Part shown: piece after piece, positions 44,601 through 54,154 of the stretch
Position numbering within the stretch: the first letter of the stretch is position 1
Layout: each line of letters starts with the position of its first letter
Notes under the pieces: model-generated
The model's input: the letters and a program-made list of their open reading frames with translations, nothing else
What the model was told of the DNA's origin: nothing
Database searches by the model: none
IMG/VR virus record: IMGVR_UViG_3300011335_000321
Span: 1-60,463 of that record
From: a virus
Taxonomy: Duplodnaviria; Caudoviricetes
Length of the DNA stretch: 60,463 nt
Direction: 5' to 3' (one strand)
Made by a program: the position numbers and the translations under genes

Positions 44601-47600
44601 TTACGTACAACGCATCAGGGGCTTCCAAATGCAATGGACGGAAAGAAGTGCCAAGTTTTCTAACGTCAATAAACTGAACCGCGCCTGTAACTTTTATGTG
44701 CGAAGGATCTTTCCCCCAAGCGTTGGCATTTTTAACAACACTTCCGGGGGCCAACTCAAGTTCAGCTTGTACCGGTTTACCGTCATCATTTACAGCGCTA
44801 AACACAGTCAGTTCGTTTACGTTTTTAACTAACGGCAGAGACAGCCTAACACCGTTATGCATATCAATTTTGTTCACATGCTCCAGCGCAGGTAGTGTTG
44901 AAAGCGGTCTCTTGTTGTTCCACGAACTTGCACTGAGGTTACCTACGGCTTTGATTTCGTCTTGGCGTACTTTGTATTCTTGGCCGTTAAATGTAAACGT
45001 GTGTAAACGGTCTGGATCTGAAGGCTCTACAGCAGCTGGCCCACCAATAAAATAGTTTTGCTCATACGCGTTTGTGTATGCAACATTAAACTTATCTGTT
45101 ATATCTTTGATTACTGATTGAGAAGGGCTTGGGCGACCGCCGTAACCATCAACTGTGCGGAAATTTAACATTCCTTCAATTTTGTATTTAGATAGTTTTT
45201 CATTGCTAACTAAGTTCCATTCAGCAGATGACGCCAATTCTTGTGGGGTCAACTCCCGTTTGTTGGATAACACATCAATTAACAACTGTTTGCGCTCAAA
45301 CTCAGCGGTGTATTTGTTTGTTCCTTCAAATTTATTGCTTTGCAAAAACTCAAACGCAATATTTTGCTGTGCTTTAGTCAGCGCTTGGTTGGGTGAATTA
45401 CCACGAATCTCACCAATGCTGTCCGTGCCATCCATGCGCACGGCAACTTCAGGTTTACCATTCTGGTAGTAAATATAGAAATCACCACGCTCAATTTGGT
45501 TGCGTGCTGTGCTTACACTAGCGCCTGTACACCAAGGGGTTCCAGCAGCACCTGCGTTCAAAGCAATTGCGGCTTTCTCGTCTTTGGACTGTACAAATTT
45601 TTGCCAGCCGTTTTTGTTGCCGTTCTTCTTGGCGTTCTCGTCAGCGTTGCGTTGCATACCATCAAGGAACGCTTGCTTTAAACCTTTGCCAGCACGTAGT
45701 TCTTCAATCACACGCCCAGCGTCTTCGGCACTTACAACGGCAATGCTGTGGCGATTGTTGGCTTCAATACTTGCAAGTTTTAGACGACCTGTTTTGTCAG
45801 ACAACACAGCATACTTAGCCGCAGCCCTTGCCACCAACGCTTGTTCAACGGTGGTGTAGAACGGCTCGTCCATCAAATTTTTAATTAAAGACTTCAAGTC
45901 TTTCTTGCGTTGAGTATTGATTTGCGTTGCTTCTCTGTCGCGCAAATCCCAGTCTTGCTGTGCTTTTAGGTTAGCAAACACTGCCGCGTCAGCTTCAACA
46001 TAGTGCAGAGCATTGTCGGGGTCAAACTTTTTGCCGTCAGACATGATGGTGGCAGACGTATAGTCAAGCTTGTCTGGGTCTGCCCTTTGTACATACTCAT
46101 AAGGGTCGTTGTACATCTTGTCCATGTAGTCCGTACCAATACGCTCTGCGTCCTGTACTGTGCGGTCTTTCTGCTTGATGTCAGGGCCAAACTGCTCGGC
46201 AAACTGTTTCATCGAGTTACTACCGGTATGGAGCGCGGCAATGTCCTTCTGCGCCAGCTTACGTTTGGTAGGCGCCTTGACTTCAACTTTGGCACTGGCA
46301 GGAACCAAAATAGCATCGACTGACTGAATGGCTGCGCCCAACATTGTCTCTGGGCTATCAATGCCCAACATGCGCAAGATGATGCTCTTAAAGCCGTTCC
46401 ATGCGTCAGACATCTTCCATGCTTTGGTGCGCATCTGCTCTTGCAAAACTCGGTTAGACAGAATCTCGGCCACAAACTCAGACAGACTGCCCTTGGCGTT
46501 AGTACTAGTAATGCGTGGATCGTTCTTTACTGCGGCATGTAACGCCAATAACTCACGCACGGCTACACGCTGTGTCTCTGTTAGCTTAGATGGGTCTGTC
46601 TCGTACTGCATGATGACGCGTTCAGCGCCAATGTGTACACCCTCGTGGAGCAAAACTTCTTGTGACAGACCGCCATCACGGCTAATCGTGATCCGGTTGC
46701 GGTTGATGTTGGCTGCGCCAAATACGGGATTGCCATCGTTGTCAACAAGAGTGTCTTCCACCAACACCTGAGTTGTATCAAGAAGCCCAGCCAAGCGTGT
46801 TGCCACGATGCTGTTTAGCTTGCTTGTACGAGGATCCTTGGCCATGTCGTTCAAAGCTTTGCGAACATCGTTGTTCTCAAGCGCTGTGACTTGGGCTTCT
46901 GTCAGGTCAGGAGTTACACCCTCAACACCACGGGCAGGCAGTTCTCTTTCAGACGCAATGCCCTCATCAAAGTCTTTCTTAATTCCTTTTAGGCGGTTGT
47001 AACGCTCGACACGCTTTTCAGTTTCGGCTTTGCTTTCCGGAGAAGACGTGCGGAACTGGCCGGGAGCACCTGTAGCTTTGCGCGTAACCTGTGGTGTGCG
47101 TTTGGAAACGTTTTCCAAAAGACCTGTACCTTTGACAGCCTCTTTGAGCTTCTTGGCCTGCTCGTCCAAAGCTTTCTTGTACTCAGGCGACTTGCGGCCA
47201 AGTTCTTCCGCTTTGATGGGACGCTCGCTTGTAATCTGAATGCGGTACGCATTAACGGCCTTATCGTCTTTGCCGTACTTGTTAACCAGCTTACTTAGAC
47301 GTTTGGCAGTGTCGGCAGCATAAGCTTGGTATTCGGGTGTCTTCTCTCCCAACTCACGCGCCAACTGAGACAGTTCCACTGTCTTCATGGCTTCTTTGCG
47401 GAAGTCCCCTTCTCTTATGCGCGTAATTGTTTTGGTAGCCTTGCTGACAACCGCACCAACGCCTTTATTGCCTTCTTTTGGTGTGCCTGTTTTTCTTGTA
47501 GATGCAACTTGGCGTTCAGATTCGGCAGCTTTTGCCGCTTTAAGCTGGTCTGCTGTTTGGGCAGGCTCAGTCGTGAACATGCCGTTGTACAAGTCGTAAA

Positions 47601-50037
47601 TCTTTTGGCGGTAGGGCGCAACCTTGCTTGTTTCTAATGCGTTGTAGCGCTTGACCAACGAGTCCAATTTACGGCGTACGTTGTGACGCTCACTTGCATC
47701 CATCTGGCGGTTAGCGGGGGGTGCTTCGCCCTTACCCAATTTGGCTTGCAGTGCCGCAGTCTTTTCTCTTAATGTCGGTTCAGCAACACCAGACTCAAGC
47801 CTTGCGCTCAGACGCGCATGCTCGTCTGTAATGTCCTGCAACATCTGAAGCACGGATTTCTTGGCATTGCCTTGCGGGAACTCAACGTGACGGGCAAGCG
47901 CCTCAATCTCGTCCATTGTGCGCTGGTATGTGTCTTCATCAACAACACGGGTGCGCTTTGTGCCGGCCAAATTTAAACGCTCATCCAAAGACTTAGTCAA
48001 GTTCTCACGGACTGTGCGGTCAGCTTCAGCGGTCTTGCGTTTCTCAGCACGGATTTCTTCTGTAACAGGCTCCGCCACTTGCAAGGCAGTTTCTAAGTCC
48101 CCTTCATTGATGGCCGTACGCATGACGTTGGTCTTGCTAAAGATGTCGTCTGAAGCCAGTTTAGGTCTGCGGCCAATTTGCAAGCGGTCAAGTTCAGCTT
48201 CAAGCGTGTTGATTTCTTTCAGCTTGGCGTCTAGTTTGACGGGGTCTTTTGAAAGTGCGGGAAGCTCTGCGTTGGCTTTGTCCAGCTTCTGCTGGGCGCT
48301 TGTAATTGCTTGTTCACTTGCCGCCACTGTTTTAGTTGGCGCGGCAGGTGTGACGGCCAAAGCTTCTGCTTGCGTTGTAGCAATACCGGGCGTCATGGGT
48401 TCGCCCTTGATGTTTGCAAACTTCAGCGGTGGAATCGTTGGCTGTTCTGGCGTCTCCTTGAACAAGTCACGGGTCTGGCCACGCATGGCCATGTTGTCCA
48501 GCTTCTCTTGCAATACTGCACGGCGGCTACTGAAGTCTTGTGTGACTTGCTGAATGGATAGCGCAATCTTATTGGCTTTCTCCATCTCGCCTTTTTGTTT
48601 GGCATCCTCAAACTTCTTGTTTAAGTTTGTCAGAGTTTTGTTTACTTGCGTATCAAACTCAGGCTCACTGGCGGCAACGCCTCCAGCGTCGTGGATTTGC
48701 TTGCCCAGATCGTCCATCTGAGTTTTTGTCTGCACATACACAGGGTGTAGTTTGGCAAACTCTTCTGGCGTAGCCGCCACCATCTTGTCTTCAAGAGAAC
48801 TAAAACGGTTACGCAACATGTCGTGCTGTTCCATAGCACGGGTCACATTAAACGCTTCTGTTGTCGATGCAGGAATGGTAGGCGTTACAGGCTCGGGGGG
48901 CAGACTGGTATCTGTAGTACCCATGACAGCACCGGGGCGAACTGTCTCCCTGATGCCTGTTGTTTCAGGCGCTGGGGTTGGTACGAGCGCTTGCGCAGGA
49001 ATCTCGCCTTGTGTCTCTTCTGGTAATACTGGTGCAACCGCTTCTGGTTCAGACACGCCCAACTCTTCTGGCGACACTTGTGCGACTTTTTGGGCTGCGT
49101 CCTCTGCACGGGCTTGCATGTCTTCCAACTTGTCTTGGCGTTGGATGCCGCTACGCTCTGCCAAACGTCCCACCGGGGCAAGTGTGCCGCCCAACACCGC
49201 ACCACCAAGGAAGCTGTCAAAGTATTCTTTACGAGCTTCTACATCGTCTAAATTTAACCCCGCTTGCAAGCGCTCAAGAACTTGCTGGCCTGCTTCAGTC
49301 AGACCTTCTACACCCATAACTTTGCCTGTGGTCAGGGCGTAGTCTTGTAGGGTTTTTCCTAATCCTTGTTTAGCAATTGCTTTAGCTTGTTCTGCTGTTA
49401 GTTTTTCACCTGCTACACCTGCAAGTCTGCGAATGCCGGGGATCATGCCCAAAGCTACAGTATCAAGCAGTGCTTGCGGAATAGCAGTGCCAGCGGCAGC
49501 TGCTAAATTTGTATCCGCTAAAGAAACGCCAGTATCTACTTGTCGAGATAAGTTTGAGCCAGCAAACTGCAATATGCCAGCGCCAGTACGAGCAAGGGCG
49601 GCGGCTCCAATCCCAGCAACAGTGGCTCCGGGAGCGGCAAGGGCTGCGGCTCCACCGGCCACCACAGGAGCAACCATATAGGGGATAGAACCCCCAAGCA
49701 ATTCGGCAATTTTTGTTCCGGGCGCTTCAGTCCAACCTTTTTCTGTGGGTTGGAAAATATTACCGGCTTTTTCTTGTTGAGCACGTTGATATGCCGCCGC
49801 CTCATTAACATCTGTAATGCCAACACGACCTGCTAAAGCGGCAACATCGCCTTTAAGTCTTTCAACGCCAGAAGACAAGGCTGGCATAAAGCCAGACTCA
49901 GGTTTAGCTACAGGGGTTGTTGGCGCAGGCTTTTGCGCCGAAAGCATTTGGGCTATCTCAGCCAGTCTCCTTGCCGCCTCCGTGTCTCCTGCAGCATCTG
50001 CGTTACGAAGGGCTTGAAGTACTTGGCTGAGTTCCAT
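41572..50037 (-). CDS. Giant polyvalent internal virion (ejection) protein, 2821 aa
   Basis: Gly/Ala hydrophobic N-terminus, coiled coils, zincin LLHEGVH...EFVAE, PWCT segment, LPD38-like C-terminus (IPVPFEVG). Confidence 0.85.
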   Translation of the reverse strand: MELSQVLQALRNADAAGDTEAARRLAEIAQMLSAQKPAPTTPVAKPESGFMPALSSGVERLKGDVAALAGRVGITDVNEAAAYQRAQQEKAGNIFQPTEKGWTEAPGTKIAELLGGSIPYMVAPVVAGGAAALAAPGATVAGIGAAALARTGAGILQFAGSNLSRQVDTGVSLADTNLAAAAGTAIPQALLDTVALGMIPGIRRLAGVAGEKLTAEQAKAIAKQGLGKTLQDYALTTGKVMGVEGLTEAGQQVLERLQAGLNLDDVEARKEYFDSFLGGAVLGGTLAPVGRLAERSGIQRQDKLEDMQARAEDAAQKVAQVSPEELGVSEPEAVAPVLPEETQGEIPAQALVPTPAPETTGIRETVRPGAVMGTTDTSLPPEPVTPTIPASTTEAFNVTRAMEQHDMLRNRFSSLEDKMVAATPEEFAKLHPVYVQTKTQMDDLGKQIHDAGGVAASEPEFDTQVNKTLTNLNKKFEDAKQKGEMEKANKIALSIQQVTQDFSSRRAVLQEKLDNMAMRGQTRDLFKETPEQPTIPPLKFANIKGEPMTPGIATTQAEALAVTPAAPTKTVAASEQAITSAQQKLDKANAELPALSKDPVKLDAKLKEINTLEAELDRLQIGRRPKLASDDIFSKTNVMRTAINEGDLETALQVAEPVTEEIRAEKRKTAEADRTVRENLTKSLDERLNLAGTKRTRVVDEDTYQRTMDEIEALARHVEFPQGNAKKSVLQMLQDITDEHARLSARLESGVAEPTLREKTAALQAKLGKGEAPPANRQMDASERHNVRRKLDSLVKRYNALETSKVAPYRQKIYDLYNGMFTTEPAQTADQLKAAKAAESERQVASTRKTGTPKEGNKGVGAVVSKATKTITRIREGDFRKEAMKTVELSQLARELGEKTPEYQAYAADTAKRLSKLVNKYGKDDKAVNAYRIQITSERPIKAEELGRKSPEYKKALDEQAKKLKEAVKGTGLLENVSKRTPQVTRKATGAPGQFRTSSPESKAETEKRVERYNRLKGIKKDFDEGIASERELPARGVEGVTPDLTEAQVTALENNDVRKALNDMAKDPRTSKLNSIVATRLAGLLDTTQVLVEDTLVDNDGNPVFGAANINRNRITISRDGGLSQEVLLHEGVHIGAERVIMQYETDPSKLTETQRVAVRELLALHAAVKNDPRITSTNAKGSLSEFVAEILSNRVLQEQMRTKAWKMSDAWNGFKSIILRMLGIDSPETMLGAAIQSVDAILVPASAKVEVKAPTKRKLAQKDIAALHTGSNSMKQFAEQFGPDIKQKDRTVQDAERIGTDYMDKMYNDPYEYVQRADPDKLDYTSATIMSDGKKFDPDNALHYVEADAAVFANLKAQQDWDLRDREATQINTQRKKDLKSLIKNLMDEPFYTTVEQALVARAAAKYAVLSDKTGRLKLASIEANNRHSIAVVSAEDAGRVIEELRAGKGLKQAFLDGMQRNADENAKKNGNKNGWQKFVQSKDEKAAIALNAGAAGTPWCTGASVSTARNQIERGDFYIYYQNGKPEVAVRMDGTDSIGEIRGNSPNQALTKAQQNIAFEFLQSNKFEGTNKYTAEFERKQLLIDVLSNKRELTPQELASSAEWNLVSNEKLSKYKIEGMLNFRTVDGYGGRPSPSQSVIKDITDKFNVAYTNAYEQNYFIGGPAAVEPSDPDRLHTFTFNGQEYKVRQDEIKAVGNLSASSWNNKRPLSTLPALEHVNKIDMHNGVRLSLPLVKNVNELTVFSAVNDDGKPVQAELELAPGSVVKNANAWGKDPSHIKVTGAVQFIDVRKLGTSFRPLHLEAPDALYVNVFKNDGNLISLAHTIASGLQAALKKKLKESGIDRFTNDLPFADFEPEPLVIMNRFFVDAGKRIDKKFLDDVYDRLDADGGTVNIENVTEYFGLMSMEKRGLFSRGGDLSLKEGMSIGARFNDLFSSTDMIGADEGSITAPKMIAEAPPVQALTETDDPIRYAPKPSAPGYESALETVDQIIASPKTIRQRVEANLGLAFRTQVLDRLAPLEKVANEMLEPLKGMQMMYYLRMYDQRMSYTQQAVGFGVPQRVAKKREDGRTEYIIESVEGPSLASVVGILKDTPNMNAEAANKLFTMYLLGKRAERLGYDKLNFKVPEAELRAVVKQIDGDKPVRDVFTKARDEYNSYNKNLIKLAIDCGSITPEEGARLSASNDYIPYYREQNGNAVLVIGGEGTIKIGNLREQPYLKELIGGEEKVLDFMTSSVQNTSMLIDMSLRNLAAKNAMYELVGLKLANFLGTATSGKDIVSFKDKGVEKYVQVATNELGIPSDLLVKGMEGIPINNSGVVAVMGMPATFLRRAVTISPLYAFRQLVRDSVAAPLLSGANFVPVMGAIKEMGASATKNKLERRGITGGQIFTGTNEDLTKILRDLQAGKTMNWSTLISKAEGLSMEADAATRRAQYNSYLEQGLSEMEATLMSLESMNFNRRGVSPSVALASKMIPFFNAQLQSLDVLYRAFAGKMPMNERLAIQSKLLQRGSLLALTAVAYTLLMQDDETYKNANPEEKYGNFFVHVPGMEGALRIPVPFEVGYIFKGIPEAIINTMSSERGGEEAFKAFKSIALQTIPGGSSLLLPQAVKPMVENVTGYSFFSGRQIESAKEQMVEPAYRYRDNTTEIAKGIGKMFDVSPIKVENLVRGYTGGMGIAFLQAVSMAVPTTGSPERAAKRLSDTPVFGGLFQPEDAGGRLSDMYEHLKEAQQVQKTFNNLVKEGRRAEATEYLQKNITLYAQSTMAGNITQQMNMLTKAEAAIRASNMSPEEKRERLDNIRQTKIRIATTVREVFDKTKPQ

Positions 50038-50041
50038 GCTG

Positions 50042-52054
50042 TTACCTTAGATATTTTTGCACCAGACTTTGATCTGCTGCGCTTAATTGTGTGCCCGAAG
50101 CACCACCGCCCATGGCAGATGCCGCCATTTTAAGGTAATCCTCAAAGTTTGGATACTGTTGTTGCAACAAAAAGTTAGTACTCCATGTCTTTGCCAGAGT
50201 TTCACGAGTCACTGGCTCACGCTTAGATTGCGCAAACTGATCGTATGCTTCACGGAACTTTGGATCGGAGGCGTATTTCTCAATCATCTGCACGTCAGCC
50301 GCTGGGCGGTTTGCCTGTGCAATAAGCGCTTCTTTGTACAGTTTGTCAGATGCACCCTTTTCGCGTTCTTTCTTGTTTGCAAGAGTTTGAAGTCCTGCTT
50401 CGCCCAAAGCGCTTAAGAAACGTGGTGACTTGTTAGACATCAAGCCCAGACCCAACACCAACAAATCTTCCGCATCAAACCCTTTGCGCTCTTTGGCAGG
50501 CGTGACTTCCTTGGCCGCTTCAATAATGGCCTTCTTTTCTTCAGGCGTACCAAACTCGTCAGGACGCACAGCGGGCAAATTCAATAACGGGTTAGCCTCA
50601 GGAGCGCCTCTTCCACCAAGCTGTTGTTCTGCAAACTGCGTTGCAGATAGGGTACGGGCAGCATTTGCCGCTTTGGCAGCGTTCATTGCTTGTGCGTTAG
50701 GGATGGCCGCAATGCCTTCTTCAGCAGTACGCGCAATCTTGGAAGTTGCGTTGGCGGCTTTTACGGACTGCTCTGCGGCTTTTGCCGCTTGTACGTCTTG
50801 TTCTACGCCACGGGCACGACGGGCGGCTTCTGCTGCAGCGCGAGTTGCTTGCGAAGCTTCGTCCAATGCTTCCAGACCTGCTTTTGCAGGGGGTAGTAGG
50901 CGTGGTGTTTCTGCAACTTGCTTGGCTTGTTGCGCTTTGGCAATCATCTCAGGCGTTGCGGCCAGTTCGTTAGACGCCATACCAACAGCACGGTTTACCC
51001 TGCTGACAGGAGAAGCATATCCGCCCATGGCGTTTAATGTGTTGCTGATATTGCGCTGATATTCTTGGGGGATACCGAGTCTGTCAGCAAGACCGCCAAA
51101 GTACGAGTTTTGCTGGTCGTAAGTAGATGCAGGCGCTGGTGTGCGCTGGCCGGGGATTTGTGATGCTGAGTCTTTAGTTTTAGGTTCTGCGGCTACAGCA
51201 GTGCCCATAGGCAAAATCTTAGTTAGGTAGTCTGCTGTTTCTTTAGGCAAACCCACTCTGTTAAGTTGACCTTCGTTTTTGGCTAAATGTTTGTCCACAT
51301 TGCCGGGGCCCCAGTTATAGGCGGCAAGCGCCTTCTCAGGATCACCGCCGTATTTGTTTAGCTGTTTCTTCAAATAGCCCACAGAAGCGGAAATATTTTT
51401 GTTGGGATCAAAACGGTCTTGTGGAGACAAGCCCATTTCTTTAGCCGCAGGAATCATCAACTGGCCAAGACCTGCCGCACCCTTTGGCGACACTGCATCT
51501 TTTCTGCCAGCCGACTCGGTCATGAACAGACGCACGGCTAAGTCAGGATCAATGCCCTGTCTTGTCGCTTCTTCACGAATTTGTGATTCAAAGCCGCCCA
51601 CACCACCGTTAGCCATACGAATAACAGGTTGGCCATTGCTCATCACATCTTCATCGGTGTAGCCACCATCGGCAAACGCCACGATACCACCGCCGGCCAT
51701 GTTCTGGATGTTGGGTGCGGGTAGTTGTGCAATGCCTTGCTCTTCTGGCAAAGGCCCGCCTTGGGGTGGCATACCCTGTGGGGGCATACCTTGGGGCGCA
51801 GGATTCATATTCTGAACCACTTGTTGGTTGACAGGGGGCAGCTGACCACCCTGCTGTGCCATCATGGCGTCTGCAAACTCTTTGTGTTTTGAGTGCACGG
51901 CCTGTGCGGCAGACAGCATGATGGGGTCGTCTTCATTTGCGGCAGCAAACGCCTGAAGCTGTTGGGGGTTCATCACCGCAAGCTTGGCCAAAACCGATTT
52001 AAGGTTTGGGTTGGTAATGTCCCCGCGTGTTTGATAGATGCTATCTAAAGACAT
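50042..52054 (-). CDS. Internal virion protein with an SLT lytic transglycosylase domain
   Basis: ES.G...AVSPKGAAGLGQLM, ALAAYNWGPGNV, ETADY. Confidence 0.9.
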   Translation of the reverse strand: MSLDSIYQTRGDITNPNLKSVLAKLAVMNPQQLQAFAAANEDDPIMLSAAQAVHSKHKEFADAMMAQQGGQLPPVNQQVVQNMNPAPQGMPPQGMPPQGGPLPEEQGIAQLPAPNIQNMAGGGIVAFADGGYTDEDVMSNGQPVIRMANGGVGGFESQIREEATRQGIDPDLAVRLFMTESAGRKDAVSPKGAAGLGQLMIPAAKEMGLSPQDRFDPNKNISASVGYLKKQLNKYGGDPEKALAAYNWGPGNVDKHLAKNEGQLNRVGLPKETADYLTKILPMGTAVAAEPKTKDSASQIPGQRTPAPASTYDQQNSYFGGLADRLGIPQEYQRNISNTLNAMGGYASPVSRVNRAVGMASNELAATPEMIAKAQQAKQVAETPRLLPPAKAGLEALDEASQATRAAAEAARRARGVEQDVQAAKAAEQSVKAANATSKIARTAEEGIAAIPNAQAMNAAKAANAARTLSATQFAEQQLGGRGAPEANPLLNLPAVRPDEFGTPEEKKAIIEAAKEVTPAKERKGFDAEDLLVLGLGLMSNKSPRFLSALGEAGLQTLANKKEREKGASDKLYKEALIAQANRPAADVQMIEKYASDPKFREAYDQFAQSKREPVTRETLAKTWSTNFLLQQQYPNFEDYLKMAASAMGGGASGTQLSAADQSLVQKYLR

Positions 52055-52063
52055 ATGTACCTC

Positions 52064-54145
52064 TTAACCCATTTTGTGAAGGAGTAATTTTGCCAGACCG
52101 GCGTTGGGGCGCTCTTTAATTACACCACCTTTTTTACTGCCAAACATTTTGTAAGCGCCGTATGCGGCTGTACCTAGACCTGCAACTTGTTGCAAAGCCG
52201 AAGGCGGTGATGTGTACATAGTGCTGCCTTGCTGAGACAGCGGTGCACCTCGATACATGTCAGACAAGAAGCCCATCTGTTTGTATGGGTTGTTCTGCGC
52301 AGTCAAGTAGTCCTGATACTGATTGTTCAAGATGTTCTGCACACCTTGCTGTTGCTGTGTACCGAACTGATTCTGCATGCCCAGATTGCTCATGTTCTGG
52401 CCGTACAAATTCTGGCCTTGAGCGCCGAGGTTCTGATAGCCAGTCATACCCGCTTGCATTCCTTGCAAGCCCAGACCTGCGCCAAACTGTGACTGCTGTG
52501 CGTTGAGTTGGTTTGCCGCTTGGCCATACTGCGCCAAGTTCTGTGCGTTGTTCATCTGCTGGCCATAACCATACTGGCGAGCTTGCTCTTGCATCTGCTG
52601 GGCGCTCAAACCATACTGCTGGTTAGCCAGTTGGGCTTGCATGTTCTGACCAGAACCAAGTTGTTGCTGTGCCAAGTTAGCTTGCAGGTTTGCGTTGCCA
52701 ACGTTGTAGCCCATGTTCTGATTAGCCAGCATAGCTTGCTGTGCCAACTGAGGGTTTTGCATAGCCGCGGCTTGGTTGAACTGACCCTGCTGAAGACCGT
52801 ACTGACCGAGCATTTGCTGATTAGCCAGATTGGCTTGCTGTTGGTTGGCTGTGTTAGCCATACCAGTTTGCTGTGCCATCTGCGCGTTTTGCAGTCCGTA
52901 CTGGCCACCCAAGGCTTGATTAGCCAAAGCCGCTTGCTGTTGCATTTGGGCATTTTGCAAACCAGTGTTGTACTGCATCTGCTGATTGGATTGACCAGCT
53001 TGCAGTCCAGTTTGTTGGTTAGCCAACAACGCTTGCAGGCCTGTCTGTTGGTTTAACTGCTGTGCTTGCAGGCCTGTCTGTGCGCCCAAACCTTGCGTTT
53101 GTAAACCCGCACTTAAGTTTTGCACGTTGGCTTGTTGCTGAACGCCTTGGTTAGCTAGGTTGGCTTGCAAACGCGCTTGCTGTTCTGCATTGAACTGAGC
53201 CTGTGCTTGAGTGAAAGCGTCTTGTGAACCTTTGGCTTGGATGTCGCCTTTTTGAATGGCCAAGTTACGAGCCGCTTCTGCATCCATAATGGCTTGGCGG
53301 CTACCGCCAAACGCGCCTGCCTTGACTGCTTGTGCATTGGTTTGCGTTCTGGCAATATCCGCCGCACGCTGGGCTTCCCGTTGCTGAATACCCACCACAC
53401 TTTGCATGTAGGGCGACATGTACTGGTCAACAGTACCGGGCTGAGTCAAGCTTTGTGTGCTTACGTCTTTAGCCGCTTGCATGCTCAGAGCCTGCAACTG
53501 TGGTGCGTTAACTCGTTCGGCGGCAACTCGTTCGGCTTGCAAAGCCGCAGGGCCTTGGAACTGAGCGGCGTTGATTCTTTCTGCTGGGCCTGCTTGCGCG
53601 GCTGTGCCCATGGCGGCTTGTGTTATAGGCGCTGCACTCAATTGTGCGGCAGTAGCTTGCTGACCCTGTACATCTCGGGGGCCTTGCATCTGGTAGTTCT
53701 GCAACTGAGGGGCGTTTACCTCTCGAGCACTGAACTTAGAGGGATCGTATGCTTGCTGGCTTGTGTACTGATTGCTAAACCTTTCAGGGGTGTAGGTATA
53801 CGCACCTGCCTTTTGAGCCAGACCTTGTAAACCCTGTGCCGCGGCTGTGGAGTACGGGTCGTAGCCAAGTTTCTCTGCGCCAGTAAACGCTTTCTTTTGC
53901 AGATCAGTAAACTGCGCTACACGTTCTGGGTTGGCAAAGCCTTGTTGCTGTGCCCACTGTTGGTAAGTGGGTTGCTGCTGAAAACCCGAAATAATTGGCA
54001 GACCCTGTGAGTCAAGCATTACTTGACCGTTGGCGTCTTTCTTGTATGTAAACGCAGTACCCTGCGCCATACCCATAAGGTTTTGCGCGAACGGCGCAAT
54101 CTCAGGCGCGAAGCCTATTTGATTTCGTACGATTTGTTCTGCCAT
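52064..54145 (-). CDS. Gln-rich internal virion / DNA ejection protein
   Basis: YMSPY, GAFGGSRQA, many Q..LANQ repeats. Confidence 0.8.
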   Translation of the reverse strand: MAEQIVRNQIGFAPEIAPFAQNLMGMAQGTAFTYKKDANGQVMLDSQGLPIISGFQQQPTYQQWAQQQGFANPERVAQFTDLQKKAFTGAEKLGYDPYSTAAAQGLQGLAQKAGAYTYTPERFSNQYTSQQAYDPSKFSAREVNAPQLQNYQMQGPRDVQGQQATAAQLSAAPITQAAMGTAAQAGPAERINAAQFQGPAALQAERVAAERVNAPQLQALSMQAAKDVSTQSLTQPGTVDQYMSPYMQSVVGIQQREAQRAADIARTQTNAQAVKAGAFGGSRQAIMDAEAARNLAIQKGDIQAKGSQDAFTQAQAQFNAEQQARLQANLANQGVQQQANVQNLSAGLQTQGLGAQTGLQAQQLNQQTGLQALLANQQTGLQAGQSNQQMQYNTGLQNAQMQQQAALANQALGGQYGLQNAQMAQQTGMANTANQQQANLANQQMLGQYGLQQGQFNQAAAMQNPQLAQQAMLANQNMGYNVGNANLQANLAQQQLGSGQNMQAQLANQQYGLSAQQMQEQARQYGYGQQMNNAQNLAQYGQAANQLNAQQSQFGAGLGLQGMQAGMTGYQNLGAQGQNLYGQNMSNLGMQNQFGTQQQQGVQNILNNQYQDYLTAQNNPYKQMGFLSDMYRGAPLSQQGSTMYTSPPSALQQVAGLGTAAYGAYKMFGSKKGGVIKERPNAGLAKLLLHKMG

Positions 54146-54154
54146 TTTCTTTCC

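Noticed and set aside
41572-50037. N4-like virion RNA polymerase
   Set aside because: Size is suggestive, but no T7-type or DxDGD polymerase motifs were recognised
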